Source of the DNA: an uncultured Alphaproteobacteria bacterium
Lineage (GTDB): Bacteria; Pseudomonadota; Alphaproteobacteria; RF32; CAG-239
Direction: 5' to 3'
DNA length: 64,000 bases
Assembly: GCA_944391685.1 (NCBI GenBank)
Contig: CALXUM010000008.1
Coordinates: 13,273-77,272 of the forward strand
In this document: piece by piece, positions 39,260-50,200 of the stretch
Position numbering within the stretch: the stretch's first letter is position 1
How the letters are laid out: every line of letters begins with the position of its first letter
The notes under the pieces: generated by a model
The model's input: the letters and a program-made list of their open reading frames with translations, nothing else
What the model was told of the DNA's origin: nothing
Database searches by the model: none
Position numbers and translations under genes: made by a program

Positions 39260-42200
39260 ATATTCTCTATAATTTTGATTTCCTCGTCTGTTAAATTGTA
39301 GAGTTTATAAATTAAAGAGTCAATTTGCTTATCTGTTTCATCTATTGTTTTTTGCAATTCTTTAATTTCAGTGGATACACGATTAAAACGTTCAAACCAA
39401 TCATCCTTTTGTGAACCAGAAAAAACAATTTTTTGCTTTTTTAATTCATTAGTAAATTGCTTCCAATCTAATTCATACCAATTATTTAATTTTCCCGAGA
39501 TTTCTATAGTTTCATATTCAGCTTTTAATAAATTTATAAAATGAGATGACTTTTCATGCAGTTCCTTATTTTGTAATAAAATAATATCAGCAAAGTTTAT
39601 TAAATTTATTTTGAATTCTTGTTTTATCTGCACTATAGGAAATTGTTTTAATTCATTCACTTTAAATTGAGGGAATGTTCCTCTTTGTAATTTATCAAAT
39701 GTATAAATAAACCAAAATGACATTAATTTGCTATTCAATAATGCTAACAATAATTTAGGATTTTCTTTAAAATCTAAAATTATCATACTATTCCTGTCAT
39801 TTAATAACCTCTCATTAGTGTAAACGGCATTAATGCAATAAGGAAGTTTTGAAGGAATTTGCCGAACAAGTATCCTTTCTTTTTCATAATACTCAGGTTT
39901 TCTAGGAGCGGCAAGCCAATTACCATAACTTAAATATTCTCCACTCCATCCTAAAAAATATCTACATACATCACTTCCCTCAAGATATTTTTTATATGTT
40001 GTATTTATAGGATTGTTGGAATGATACACTCTATTTTTTTTCATATCTTCTGTTTGTTTAGGTGTTCCTTTTCCTGTTTCATATGCTTGTAAGCCAGCTA
40101 CCACATTTGAAAAATCTTGAATTTTTTGAGACTTGCTATTTATTTTATTTAATATTTTAGAAATTATAGGATTCTGATGTGTTGATATATTAATAATATA
40201 TTCATCAATCATGACATCTTTCTTATCTACATTTTGATTAAGAGTTAATATCCGTTCTCTCATTTCACCTAAGGATAACTTACTTCCTAATTCTTTTTTC
40301 AGAATCATAATGCAAGTATCAACAGCAGCATCATTAAAAACTTTATCAAAAATATTTATAATTTGTATATCATTTGTTTCTTTTAGAATAAAAGCTCTTA
40401 ACTCTTTAAAACTATTAATCGTTAAAAATGTATTTGGAACAATATATCCTAAATAACTATGTCTTTTAATTAAATTATATGCTTGTTCAATAAATAATAC
40501 ATAAGTATTTATTTGATATAAGGCCTGTTTATATTTTTTATAATAATAATTTTTTTCCCGTTCACTAAAACTTTTATTTCTAGCAAAAATATACGGTGGA
40601 TTTCCAACTACAACATCAAAACCTCCATTTTCCATAATTTCAGGAAATTCTTTGTTCCAGTTAAAAGCTTTATCACCGGCAACGGTGACATCATCTATTA
40701 ATGAATTACCGCATTTAATGTTATTATCTAAAGCTGTCAATGGATCTTTTTTGTTGGCTGTTTTTAGCCATAAAGCTAATTTTGTAATCTCTACAGACTC
40801 AGCATTTAAATCTACACCATAAATATTGTTTGATAAAATATGTGTATCTTGGTTAAATAATTCAGATTGTGTTCCCTCAAAGGTAGCGATTTCTTCATTT
40901 ACCTGATTCCTTTGTTCTTTTAAGTAATCAAATACCTGAACCAAAAAAGAACCAGAACCGCAGGCAGGATCCAAAACTTTAATATTATCTAGTGCTTTAC
41001 GATATTCTAACCAAAAATTTAAATGCGCTTTGATTGTTTTATTATTTTTTTGAACTTTACCTGTTTTTATTCTTCTCCATTGTTCATCATCAATTTTGGG
41101 TAATCCATAATAACCGAGTTCTTTTTTCTTATCTTCCAACCAACTTCCAACTGCTTCATTAACGATATATTTTGTAATATATTCAGGAGTATAGAATACA
41201 CCGTCTTTTTTGCGTTTACCTTTTTTCTTATCAAAATTTTCGCCATTTATGACTGATTTTAGTTCTTCTAAATCTGTAATTGATTGCTCAAAAATATGTC
41301 CCAAGATATTGACATTGAGGTCTGAATCAAAGCTATATCTTTCAATAGAAAGAATTTCTTTTAAAATGCTATCCCGGATAATCAGATTATCAATGACATC
41401 ATCGGCTTTAAATAAACCACCATTAAACCGATTGATATTTTCTTGCGGATAACCTTTGTCTATAGCTGTAAACAAACCTTTGATTTCTTCCCACAATCTT
41501 GTATCCGTCATAATGAAACGGGCTGTTTGTGTTTGATGTAGAATTTCTTTAAATACTTTGTATGGCAACAATCCTAAATCTTCACAAAAACAGATAAATA
41601 TAATCCGGTCTAAGATTTTTTGTGACTTGGTTAATATTGTATTCTCATCAATAGAAGGATTGTTTTCTTTAATATGTTTAAATAATTGACTTCTTAAATT
41701 TTTATAAACACCATAAAATTCGTTTGTAATATTTTCATCTGCTTCAATTTTTACTTTCAGCAAATCATCAATTTTAGAATTTCCTCTTTGAATAAATAAA
41801 TTATCTTTGGCCAATAAAGCATAAAATTCTTTAAATTTCTCAGATTTTATCAAATCTACAATATTAAAAGATTGATAAACCGATGAATCATTGGCCGGAT
41901 ACAAACGAATTTCCACAAAATTAGATACAATAACCCATTTACATTTACCACCACATTTTGAAACATACGAGAAAGCTTGTTCTACTGGAGTTCTGCTATC
42001 ATTTTTGCGGTTTTGTTTATGGTCTAGATTGGTATAAGCGTCTTTTAACTCAATAACAACACGAATATCTTTATTATCTGCTGTCAGATACCCCAAAACA
42101 CCGTCAGGCTTTGTTCCGTCAGTTTTTGATTTTTGTTCTTTTTCTAAATTTAATTCATCTAACCCACGCTCATAAGCATAACCTAAAACTTTTCCAAAAA

Positions 42201-42384
42201 TATCATTTAAGAAATCTGACTGTAATTGTTCTTCTTTTTTCGTATAAATAGATTTTGTATCTATTTCATATTTCCAACGCTCAACAATTGATTGTTTCTC
42301 TTTCATATCTTCAATGTTTAATGCAGAAAGGTGTAAACGATCTTGCAAATATTTTGTCGGAAATAATGTATTGTATTTAGTCAT
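39256..42384 (-). CDS. Type IIG restriction enzyme/N6-adenine methyltransferase fusion
   Basis: N-terminal PD-ExK (KPDGVLGY...VVIELKD). Motif I VLDPACGSGSFL. Motif IV VVGNPPYIFAR. TaqI-like C-terminal specificity region LLALLNSKLMSFWF. Confidence 0.8.
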   Translation of the reverse strand: MTKYNTLFPTKYLQDRLHLSALNIEDMKEKQSIVERWKYEIDTKSIYTKKEEQLQSDFLNDIFGKVLGYAYERGLDELNLEKEQKSKTDGTKPDGVLGYLTADNKDIRVVIELKDAYTNLDHKQNRKNDSRTPVEQAFSYVSKCGGKCKWVIVSNFVEIRLYPANDSSVYQSFNIVDLIKSEKFKEFYALLAKDNLFIQRGNSKIDDLLKVKIEADENITNEFYGVYKNLRSQLFKHIKENNPSIDENTILTKSQKILDRIIFICFCEDLGLLPYKVFKEILHQTQTARFIMTDTRLWEEIKGLFTAIDKGYPQENINRFNGGLFKADDVIDNLIIRDSILKEILSIERYSFDSDLNVNILGHIFEQSITDLEELKSVINGENFDKKKGKRKKDGVFYTPEYITKYIVNEAVGSWLEDKKKELGYYGLPKIDDEQWRRIKTGKVQKNNKTIKAHLNFWLEYRKALDNIKVLDPACGSGSFLVQVFDYLKEQRNQVNEEIATFEGTQSELFNQDTHILSNNIYGVDLNAESVEITKLALWLKTANKKDPLTALDNNIKCGNSLIDDVTVAGDKAFNWNKEFPEIMENGGFDVVVGNPPYIFARNKSFSEREKNYYYKKYKQALYQINTYVLFIEQAYNLIKRHSYLGYIVPNTFLTINSFKELRAFILKETNDIQIINIFDKVFNDAAVDTCIMILKKELGSKLSLGEMRERILTLNQNVDKKDVMIDEYIINISTHQNPIISKILNKINSKSQKIQDFSNVVAGLQAYETGKGTPKQTEDMKKNRVYHSNNPINTTYKKYLEGSDVCRYFLGWSGEYLSYGNWLAAPRKPEYYEKERILVRQIPSKLPYCINAVYTNERLLNDRNSMIILDFKENPKLLLALLNSKLMSFWFIYTFDKLQRGTFPQFKVNELKQFPIVQIKQEFKINLINFADIILLQNKELHEKSSHFINLLKAEYETIEISGKLNNWYELDWKQFTNELKKQKIVFSGSQKDDWFERFNRVSTEIKELQKTIDETDKQIDSLIYKLYNLTDEEIKIIENI

Positions 42385-42629
42385 CTTATAAAATCTTTAT
42401 CAGTTTATACTAATGTGATTTTATAAGAATAAAGATTAAGGAAAGTTTAATATTATATTACCCCATCTCTTGACATTATGTCTAAAAATTAACTTTTGTT
42501 TTTATGGATGATAAGCGTAACAACCTTTAACATCGCTATGTCATAAGTTAAAACAAAAAAATATACTATTTGGAAAATTCATCTCAAAAAATTTAGTAGA
42601 AAAAGCCAAGTCATATACTTCTATAATAT

Positions 42630-42818
42630 ATGACTGATACATACAACCAACTCAAAGACGAGTTATCAATTCTCTATCCCGATGTTACGGATATTGAGTT
42701 AAACGAAATGACGGATAATCTTATAAACTTTTATAAAATTGCGGTTGAAGCTGTTTTAGAACAAGAAAATAAATTGTCGTTAACGTCACAAACTAAAAAA
42801 ACAACCTGTTTCCCTTAA
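42630..42818 (+). CDS. small hypothetical protein
   Basis: ORF only. Confidence 0.25.
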   Translation: MTDTYNQLKDELSILYPDVTDIELNEMTDNLINFYKIAVEAVLEQENKLSLTSQTKKTTCFP

Positions 42819-42969
42819 GGTAAAGAAGTTGACATTCAACCTTATTTATTTTGTAAATCAGGTTAATGCTTTGAAAAATAAATAAAAAAATATTTTCAAA
42901 ATCTGTTTTACATTTATTTTCAAACACGACATTACAAAATTGTTTTTAATAATAAAAGGAAAATTTAAA

Positions 42970-43452
42970 ATGACAAATGCTATAATTTTCACAAGAGTAA
43001 ACACTCAAAATTCTAATATTGATACCAAAATTGACAAACTGATAAACTATTGTTGTGATAACAAATTATCTATAATTAAAGAATATTCTATTTGTGTAAG
43101 ACGTAAAAATACACATTACATTAAAAATCTACTTGCAGATATTGCGACTATCCCAAGTGAACATATAAATGTAGTGTTTTATAGTATTAACGATTTACCT
43201 TCTAATACAAAATTCATTGAGTTATTTGAAAATCTGATTAAAGCAGGAAAAGTTAGTCTTCATTTTTATAAAGAAGCATTGATATACAACTCTCAAACTC
43301 CAATGTCTGAGATAGTTAGGCTGCATTTGGTAACTTTGAAATATAAATATCACAATGTTATACCTGAGAAAGAATTGCAAGACTTAGCTGATAAGATATA
43401 TATAGCTCAAATGCAAGAAACCATCAAAGTTAACATTTTGAAAAATCAGTAA
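42970..43452 (+). CDS. serine-recombinase catalytic-domain paralog lacking the nucleophile
   Basis: Aligns by eye to the N-terminus of 44069..45646: AIIFTRVNTQNS vs AILFARVSSKKQ, and YSINDLPSN vs YVDRLQRNY. It has no DNA-binding or recombinase domain. Confidence 0.55.
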   Translation: MTNAIIFTRVNTQNSNIDTKIDKLINYCCDNKLSIIKEYSICVRRKNTHYIKNLLADIATIPSEHINVVFYSINDLPSNTKFIELFENLIKAGKVSLHFYKEALIYNSQTPMSEIVRLHLVTLKYKYHNVIPEKELQDLADKIYIAQMQETIKVNILKNQ

Positions 43453-43552
43453 AATATTAGTAAAAAAGTTACAAACGGGCTCATTTTTTTGCGTACATTC
43501 CCATTTTAACACGACATAATAAATATACTGTAAAAACAATGAAGTAATAAAA

Positions 43553-44065
43553 ATGAGTCTACTTGTAAAATATGTCATTACAGACCCTTGCTATATCTTA
43601 AATAATGATACTTGGGACGAATGCTGTAAATTTTTAGATGACAGTCCGAAAGCATTTAATGAAGCTGTTTCTAAGGCTTTGACGGATTTAAGCGGTTTTC
43701 CGGCTTTTGCTTGTGATACCGGTTTTGGCGATTGGAACAATAAAATTTATGGCAGCTATATTATTCATAAAGAATTTTGCGCTGATTCCGGCATGGTTTG
43801 CGTTTGTCGTCTAACATCAGAAATTGAAAACCATTTTGCAAAAGAATACTCAGATATTTATTCGCATGGTGCGGCAGTTTTTGAAGGTTCCGATGATATT
43901 AACATTGATTTTGACATATCGGATCCTTCTTGGACTGTTGTAAAAATCCATGACAACCAAACCGGAAACTTTATCGAAACTATGAGTGCAGACGATTTTT
44001 ACGCAGAAAACGAAGATTTTGATGATGAAGATGATAACTATTTTGATGAAGAGGAGGATTATTAA
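43553..44065 (+). CDS. hypothetical highly acidic protein
   Basis: The C-terminal tail is DDFYAENEDFDDEDDNYFDEEEDY. The stop lies 3 nt before the recombinase start. Confidence 0.45.
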   Translation: MSLLVKYVITDPCYILNNDTWDECCKFLDDSPKAFNEAVSKALTDLSGFPAFACDTGFGDWNNKIYGSYIIHKEFCADSGMVCVCRLTSEIENHFAKEYSDIYSHGAAVFEGSDDINIDFDISDPSWTVVKIHDNQTGNFIETMSADDFYAENEDFDDEDDNYFDEEEDY

Positions 44066-44068
44066 GCC

Positions 44069-45646
44069 ATGATTAGAAGAAAAAAGAAAATGCAAAACGA
44101 AAAATGCACCCAAGCTATTCTATTTGCTCGAGTATCATCTAAAAAGCAGAAGGATAAAGGTGTATCTCTTGATGTGCAAATGGAAACAATCACTAAATAC
44201 TGTCATGATAAAGGATTAAAAATTATCAAAGATTTTAGTATTGATGAAAGTTCGACTAAAGGGGAACGCAAACAATATCACGAAATGCTTGATTTTGCTA
44301 AAAGCTGTCTAGGTAAAGTTGCGATTGTTGTCAATTATGTAGATAGACTTCAACGTAATTATGACGATACCTATGAATTAAACAAATTACGTAAAGAGGG
44401 TAAAATTGAAGTCCATTTTTTACGAGAACAACTCATTATCCATAAAGATTCCAATTCTCTTGAAATAAACTTTTGGAATATGCATGTTTTAATGGCTAAC
44501 GCTCAAGTCAACAATATGATTGATAAAGTTAAAGCCAGTCAGGCAAAGAATTGGTCACTTGGTAAATGTCAAGGTTACGCTCCTTTGGGATACTTAAATA
44601 CAAAAGATGAAAATTATCGTTCAACCGTGATTTTAGATGAAGTTCGGGCTCCAATTATAACCAAACTGTTTGAAGAGTATGCAACCGGGAATCATTCTAT
44701 TGATTCAATTTGGCAACTTTCCAAGAATTTAGGATTATACACCAAGATGAAAAGCCGTAGAGGTAACTTTGTCAGCAAAAATACTATATATGATATTCTA
44801 ACCAATCCTTTCTATTATGGAGAGATGTGTATTAAAGGTGAATTTATGCCTCATGTCTATCCGCATATTGTTTCAAGAAGTTTGTTTGATAAAGTTCAGG
44901 AAATCTTTGCTCAAAACGGCAATCACAATCGAAATAATTCAGAAAACCAAGCAAAATATACTTATGCTTTCAGGGGACTGATTAAATGTAAAGAATGCGG
45001 AGGCTTAATTACTCCGGCAACGGCAATAAAGAAAAACGGCTTAAAATACAGACATCTCCGTTGTGCCAATTATAAAAAATGTTGTCATCAATCATCTGTC
45101 ATGGAATATGTTATTTTTGAACAGCTTGAAAAAGATGTATTTAGTAAATTATCCTTGCCATTAAATATGCAGGAACCACTTAAAGAACAAATTCTTCGTA
45201 GTTTAACCGATACATCTAAGTTAAACACAACCATAAAAATAAATGTCACAAAGAAAATCAACGAATTAAAGATTAAAGAAGATAAATTGCTTGATTTTTA
45301 TCTTGAAGGTAAATTAACGCAAGATATATACGATATGAAAAAAGCCAGTATAGATAAGGAAATAAAAGGTTTAGAAAATACTCAAGAAAAATATAAGACT
45401 ATTGATAACGACGCAAAAAATAAAATTGTCAACATATTCACCATAGCTGGAAACATCTCATACATCTTCCAACATGCCTCTCCCTCTCGCCAAAATGAAT
45501 TATTAAAAATGTTACTCAAAGATTGTCAACTTAATGGTAAACGGCTTGAATATACCTTAAGAAAACCTTTTGATATGCTTGTAAAAACACACAATGTCAA
45601 AGATTGGAAAGATATTGCTATTGAGATGATTGAAGATATTATCTGA
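44069..45646 (+). CDS. large serine recombinase
   Basis: Features: resolvase domain (AILFARVSSKKQ..DRLQR); recombinase domain (GYAPLGY); zinc-ribbon CKECGG...LRCANYKKC; C-terminal coiled coil. Confidence 0.85.
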   Translation: MIRRKKKMQNEKCTQAILFARVSSKKQKDKGVSLDVQMETITKYCHDKGLKIIKDFSIDESSTKGERKQYHEMLDFAKSCLGKVAIVVNYVDRLQRNYDDTYELNKLRKEGKIEVHFLREQLIIHKDSNSLEINFWNMHVLMANAQVNNMIDKVKASQAKNWSLGKCQGYAPLGYLNTKDENYRSTVILDEVRAPIITKLFEEYATGNHSIDSIWQLSKNLGLYTKMKSRRGNFVSKNTIYDILTNPFYYGEMCIKGEFMPHVYPHIVSRSLFDKVQEIFAQNGNHNRNNSENQAKYTYAFRGLIKCKECGGLITPATAIKKNGLKYRHLRCANYKKCCHQSSVMEYVIFEQLEKDVFSKLSLPLNMQEPLKEQILRSLTDTSKLNTTIKINVTKKINELKIKEDKLLDFYLEGKLTQDIYDMKKASIDKEIKGLENTQEKYKTIDNDAKNKIVNIFTIAGNISYIFQHASPSRQNELLKMLLKDCQLNGKRLEYTLRKPFDMLVKTHNVKDWKDIAIEMIEDII

Positions 45647-45788
45647 AATACTCCAAAATTTCAAATTCAACGACTATAACTCATCTATCACTTCTATGTA
45701 TACTCAAGAATTTATTTTTTACTGAATTTAAACCAATTATTTAAAATTTATAACATTATAATTTTGAATACATAGTGTGTAATAACTG

Positions 45789-46001
45789 TCATTTTTGTAT
45801 TAGAAATTCTAACTTATCCATTTTTTCACTTTCTTTCTCATCTAGTTTATAGCTGTTTACAAAACCACTAGTCATTACGTAGCCATTGTTTTCACCACAA
45901 TACGGACAATCAATATCTTCTTTTTCTTTTCCTCCCGGATATATATCTCCGCCAACAGAATAATCGAATAATTTACCGCATTTTTTACATTTAATAGACA
46001 T
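45789..46001 (-). CDS. small zinc-ribbon protein
   Basis: CKKCGK...CPYCGE, two CxxC pairs in 70 aa. Confidence 0.45.
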   Translation of the reverse strand: MSIKCKKCGKLFDYSVGGDIYPGGKEKEDIDCPYCGENNGYVMTSGFVNSYKLDEKESEKMDKLEFLIQK

Positions 46002-46544
46002 GATAACTCTCCTTATTAAACTTTATATGACATATATAGGTTTTAATATTCAATAACTCAAGCCTCTAGATAAAAATGCTAAAATTTACAATCATCATTA
46101 ATTCGCGTATTACACGACAAGTCCAGCCACAGAATACAAACCGTCAGAAATGACGGTTTTTTCTTTGTATATCAAGCACTTATACTGGTTCGGATGTTTA
46201 AAAGTCAAAATAGGCTTTTTTTGAGCAACATCCGAACTTTTTTATTGCCAATCTTTGTATTTCAATAGCTTACGGGATTTTAATCAATTTCGTATCTCAC
46301 CTGAAAGATATTATCCCTCCCCCAGACTCGATATTGTTTTTTTCAATTTATCGCCATCAATGACTTGAGGTTGATACATCAAAAACTTACGCACAGGTTG
46401 AATTTTTACCGCTCCAATTTAATAAACAATACGACAATATAACTTCGGAGTTCAAAAACTGTATAGCACAGCACATAGAAAGGCAAGGATGTCAAAGTCC
46501 TTGTCTTTTTTTTAACATAATGCCTCTGATGACAATATGTTACT

Positions 46545-47249
46545 TCATACAGCATAGTAACTATTTAATAATTTTTTTCTTTCTTTCCAATCTGGCATAT
46601 GAAGTTCTATAAAATTATAAAAATTTTTATCATGATACGGATATATTAGATGAGATAATTCATGAAGGACTATATACTCTATGCATAGCGGTGAAGCTTT
46701 ATAGAGAAATTCATTCATCGTAATAATTTGCTTAGAACGATTACAATTTCCCCAACAAGATTGCATTTTCCTTATTTTTAACTCTGGTTTTGCAATATGG
46801 TAGCTGCGAACGACGGGATATAATCTATCGAGAACATCACTAAAAAACGTATACATTTTTTGTTTTATATAAGAATTATATTCTTGCTGAATAAATTCTA
46901 AATTTTCTTTATCTTTGCAATAAATATTAATTGTCAAATCATCAAACTCTATATGAAAATTTTGAGATTGTGTTATATTAATTCTATAATGACGTCCCAA
47001 AAGTTGAACAGAACCACCATTTTTTAAAATATCAATTGATTTTACATTTTGGAGTTTTTTATATTTTTCTACTTTCTGAAGAATCCATGAACTTTTCTTA
47101 TGAAGAAAAGCCATAACATCTTTTTCTTCAACATTATCTGGAACAGAACAAGTCACAACACCATTACTTAAGACACGTAGATTAAAATTTTTAATTTTTT
47201 TCTTTTTAATCTCGATGCTGATATCTTTATTTAATTTATAAAAATCCAT
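46545..47249 (-). CDS. M48-like metallopeptidase (YgjP/DUF45 family), Type I R-M associated
   Basis: HExxH in VLHELSHLIYPYH. The ATG overlaps the hsdR TAA by 1 nt. Confidence 0.75.
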   Translation of the reverse strand: MDFYKLNKDISIEIKKKKIKNFNLRVLSNGVVTCSVPDNVEEKDVMAFLHKKSSWILQKVEKYKKLQNVKSIDILKNGGSVQLLGRHYRINITQSQNFHIEFDDLTINIYCKDKENLEFIQQEYNSYIKQKMYTFFSDVLDRLYPVVRSYHIAKPELKIRKMQSCWGNCNRSKQIITMNEFLYKASPLCIEYIVLHELSHLIYPYHDKNFYNFIELHMPDWKERKKLLNSYYAV

Positions 47250-50200
47250 TATAAATTACTCTTTGCTGTTGTAAGAATATCGTCTTCAATTCGATCCATC
47301 TGGTCCATAGACAATTCAATATCATTAGCATCTAGAAACTCAAAAATTTCATCTTCAATTTGTTGTTTAAGTTGATTTATCAATACATTATTGTGTTTCC
47401 ATCCTGGTTTCCGTGCACTTCTAATGATACTTTTGACTTTTGTTGCTAATTCTCCCATTTGTAAATCTATTGCATCATTTTCATTTATTGTAATTTTTTT
47501 ACTTATTTCTAGCTTCAAATTTCCATAAAATCCTTTGGCGTCATCATCATCTGTAATATTTGAAGGATATTTATTGCCAATAAAGCCTTTCTCATAATCA
47601 CTTTCAAGATTTTTCATCTGAGCTAAATAAGCTTCTTCATCTCTATTTTTATTATACTCATCAATAGTTTCATCAATTCTCTCTTTAAAAGTCTTATAAA
47701 AAATAGGATCTGAATATTGCTTTTCTGAGATAGAACTATACATTGCAGTTGCCATTGCTTCCGCCTTTGCTCTATCGGAAGGAAGTTTATCCAACTCTTT
47801 TTGCATACTTTCTTTATCACTAAGATATATCGGATTTATAACAATTTGGTCTGCATCTGCTGCTACAAATTGATTTAATAAATTACGAATAGTTGGCTCA
47901 TATTTAGAAAAATCAACCGTTTCTCCAAATCTCAATCTAACTGCACTTCTTAACTTTTGCAAATACACAAAGTCTTTTTGCATTTTTTTAATTTCATCAA
48001 GACCAATTCCTTTATAAATCTCATAATTACTAATTGCAGTATCTAAAGAATTTGAAAAATCTAATAATTTATTACTAAAATCTTCTCTAATATCCTTATC
48101 TTTAAACAGCAACTGAACTTCTTCTGCATCATCCGTATTATGCCCATCAAAAAACTTCATGACTTGTTCATATCTGGCATATAAGTCTTTTTTTACATCT
48201 TCTGGACCAAAAATTGTTTTTTGAATATCTTCCGCATCAAAACCATCCATACCTGATGTCTTATCCGTATATAAGTCCAATGCCGTATTCAAATTTGCAA
48301 AGATTCCATAAAAATCTACAATTTTTCCATTTTTCTTGGCAGGATAAACTCTATTAACCCTTGCTATTGCTTGCAATAAGTTATGCGTTTTCATCGGTTT
48401 ATCAACATATAAAGCTTGAGCAATTGGAGCATCAAAACCGGTAAGGAGTTTATCTTTTACAACCAAAATATCAACATCTTCACCATTGTTAAAACTATTT
48501 TTTGCCCAATCTTCATAAGCTTCATAATTTTGCCCAAACAATGGTTCAATTTCTTTCTTAAAGAACTGCGCAATTTTCTCTTTATCATCAGACAATAAGT
48601 TTTCTTCTCCCTCCTCTTTATTTTCAGGAGAAATAACAACAGCAGCTTTCAGGCCTAATTCTTTTAATAGATAATACAAATTTATAGCATTTACTCGAGA
48701 AGATTCGGCAACCATTGCCTTAAAACCTTTCGGCTGCACAAAACGCTGAAAATGTTCTTTAATAGCATAGGCCAAACAGGTTAATCTGGGCGTTGTTGAT
48801 GCAATTTTAGAAAACTTACTATATTTTCTCTTTAAATCTTCTTGTTGTTCCTTATCTAACCCTATTAAACTTTGTTCTAAATATTGATTAATTGCATCAC
48901 TAGTCGTTTTTTGCGGAATTTTTCTTCCTTCATATACCAATGGAACAATAACTTTATCTTCCTCTGCCTGATCAATTGTATAACTATCAATTAATGGACC
49001 TATTCGTTCAAAGGTGTTTAATTTTTCAGCTTTTAACAAAGGAGTTCCTGTAAAACCAATTTTCACAGCATTCGGCAAGACATCAAGCATAAAATTATGA
49101 AAATTACCACTTTGTGTTCTATGGCATTCATCAATTAGAATAAAAATATTTTTACTATCTACTTGAGTCTTCTGTTTTGCAGCCTTTTCAAATTTATTAA
49201 TAACCGCTGTAATTAAAGTTTCTCCTTCATCTTCCAGCAAGGTTATCAATCCCTTCCCTGTAGTAGCTCGAGTTGGGTGCATTTGAGTATTATTAAAATT
49301 ATCTCGCAATTGTTTATCTAAATTAATTCGATCATTAACCAAGATAAAACGAGGATTTTTAATACCACTCGCAGGATTTTCAGATAATGCCATAATTTTC
49401 TTCACAAGCATGACCATTGTCAAGGATTTACCACTACCTTGAGTATGCCAAATCACACCATTTCTGGTATTTTTATTATCTTCATTCAAAATACGCTTCA
49501 CAGCTTTCTGAATTCCAAAATATTGCTGATATCGCGTAATTTTTTTAATGTTATTATCATACAAGATAAAATATCGAACAATTTCAAAAAACCTTTGAAC
49601 AGATAACATTGAAATAATGCTTTTATCTTGCTCTTTTGGTGTTCTGCCGACAACCAAACGTTCTAATTCTGTTTTTAACCATTCGGAATCTTTTTCTTTC
49701 CACGGCACAAAAAACTCAGCTTTTGTTCCACAAGTACCATATTTGAAGGTATGTGGATTCATCGCAATCACAATCTGAGAAAATTTAAATAGTTGCGGAA
49801 TTTCATCAACTTTCCAATTTTTGATATTTTGTTTAATCCCCTCATCTACGCTAACGGCAGATTTTTTGCATTCGATAACAACCAAAGGAATACCATTGAC
49901 AGTTAAAACAATATCTGGCCTACGCTTGGAATGATCTAACTTTTGCACTGAGAATTCATCCGTTACACGCAAAATATTTTCTTCCGGATGCTCCCAATCA
50001 ATAAATTTCAAATCAAAAGAAGACTTTCCGCCATCATACAAATCTTCTTCATAGCTTTTTCCATAAAGCAATAAATCGTATATTTCTTTTGATGTTTTCA
50101 TTAATCCTGATTGCAAAGGGACATCAATATCTGAAATTGCTTTAGCTATATTGCTGGAAGAAAATTGAAATTTTTCATTTCTGTAGTCATATCTTTGCTT

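Noticed and set aside
39256-42384. BREX PglX-type methyltransferase
   Set aside because: The size and NPPY methylase would fit, but there is no brxA/B/C, pglZ or brxL nearby. The protein also has its own N-terminal PD-ExK nuclease, so Type IIG is the simpler call.
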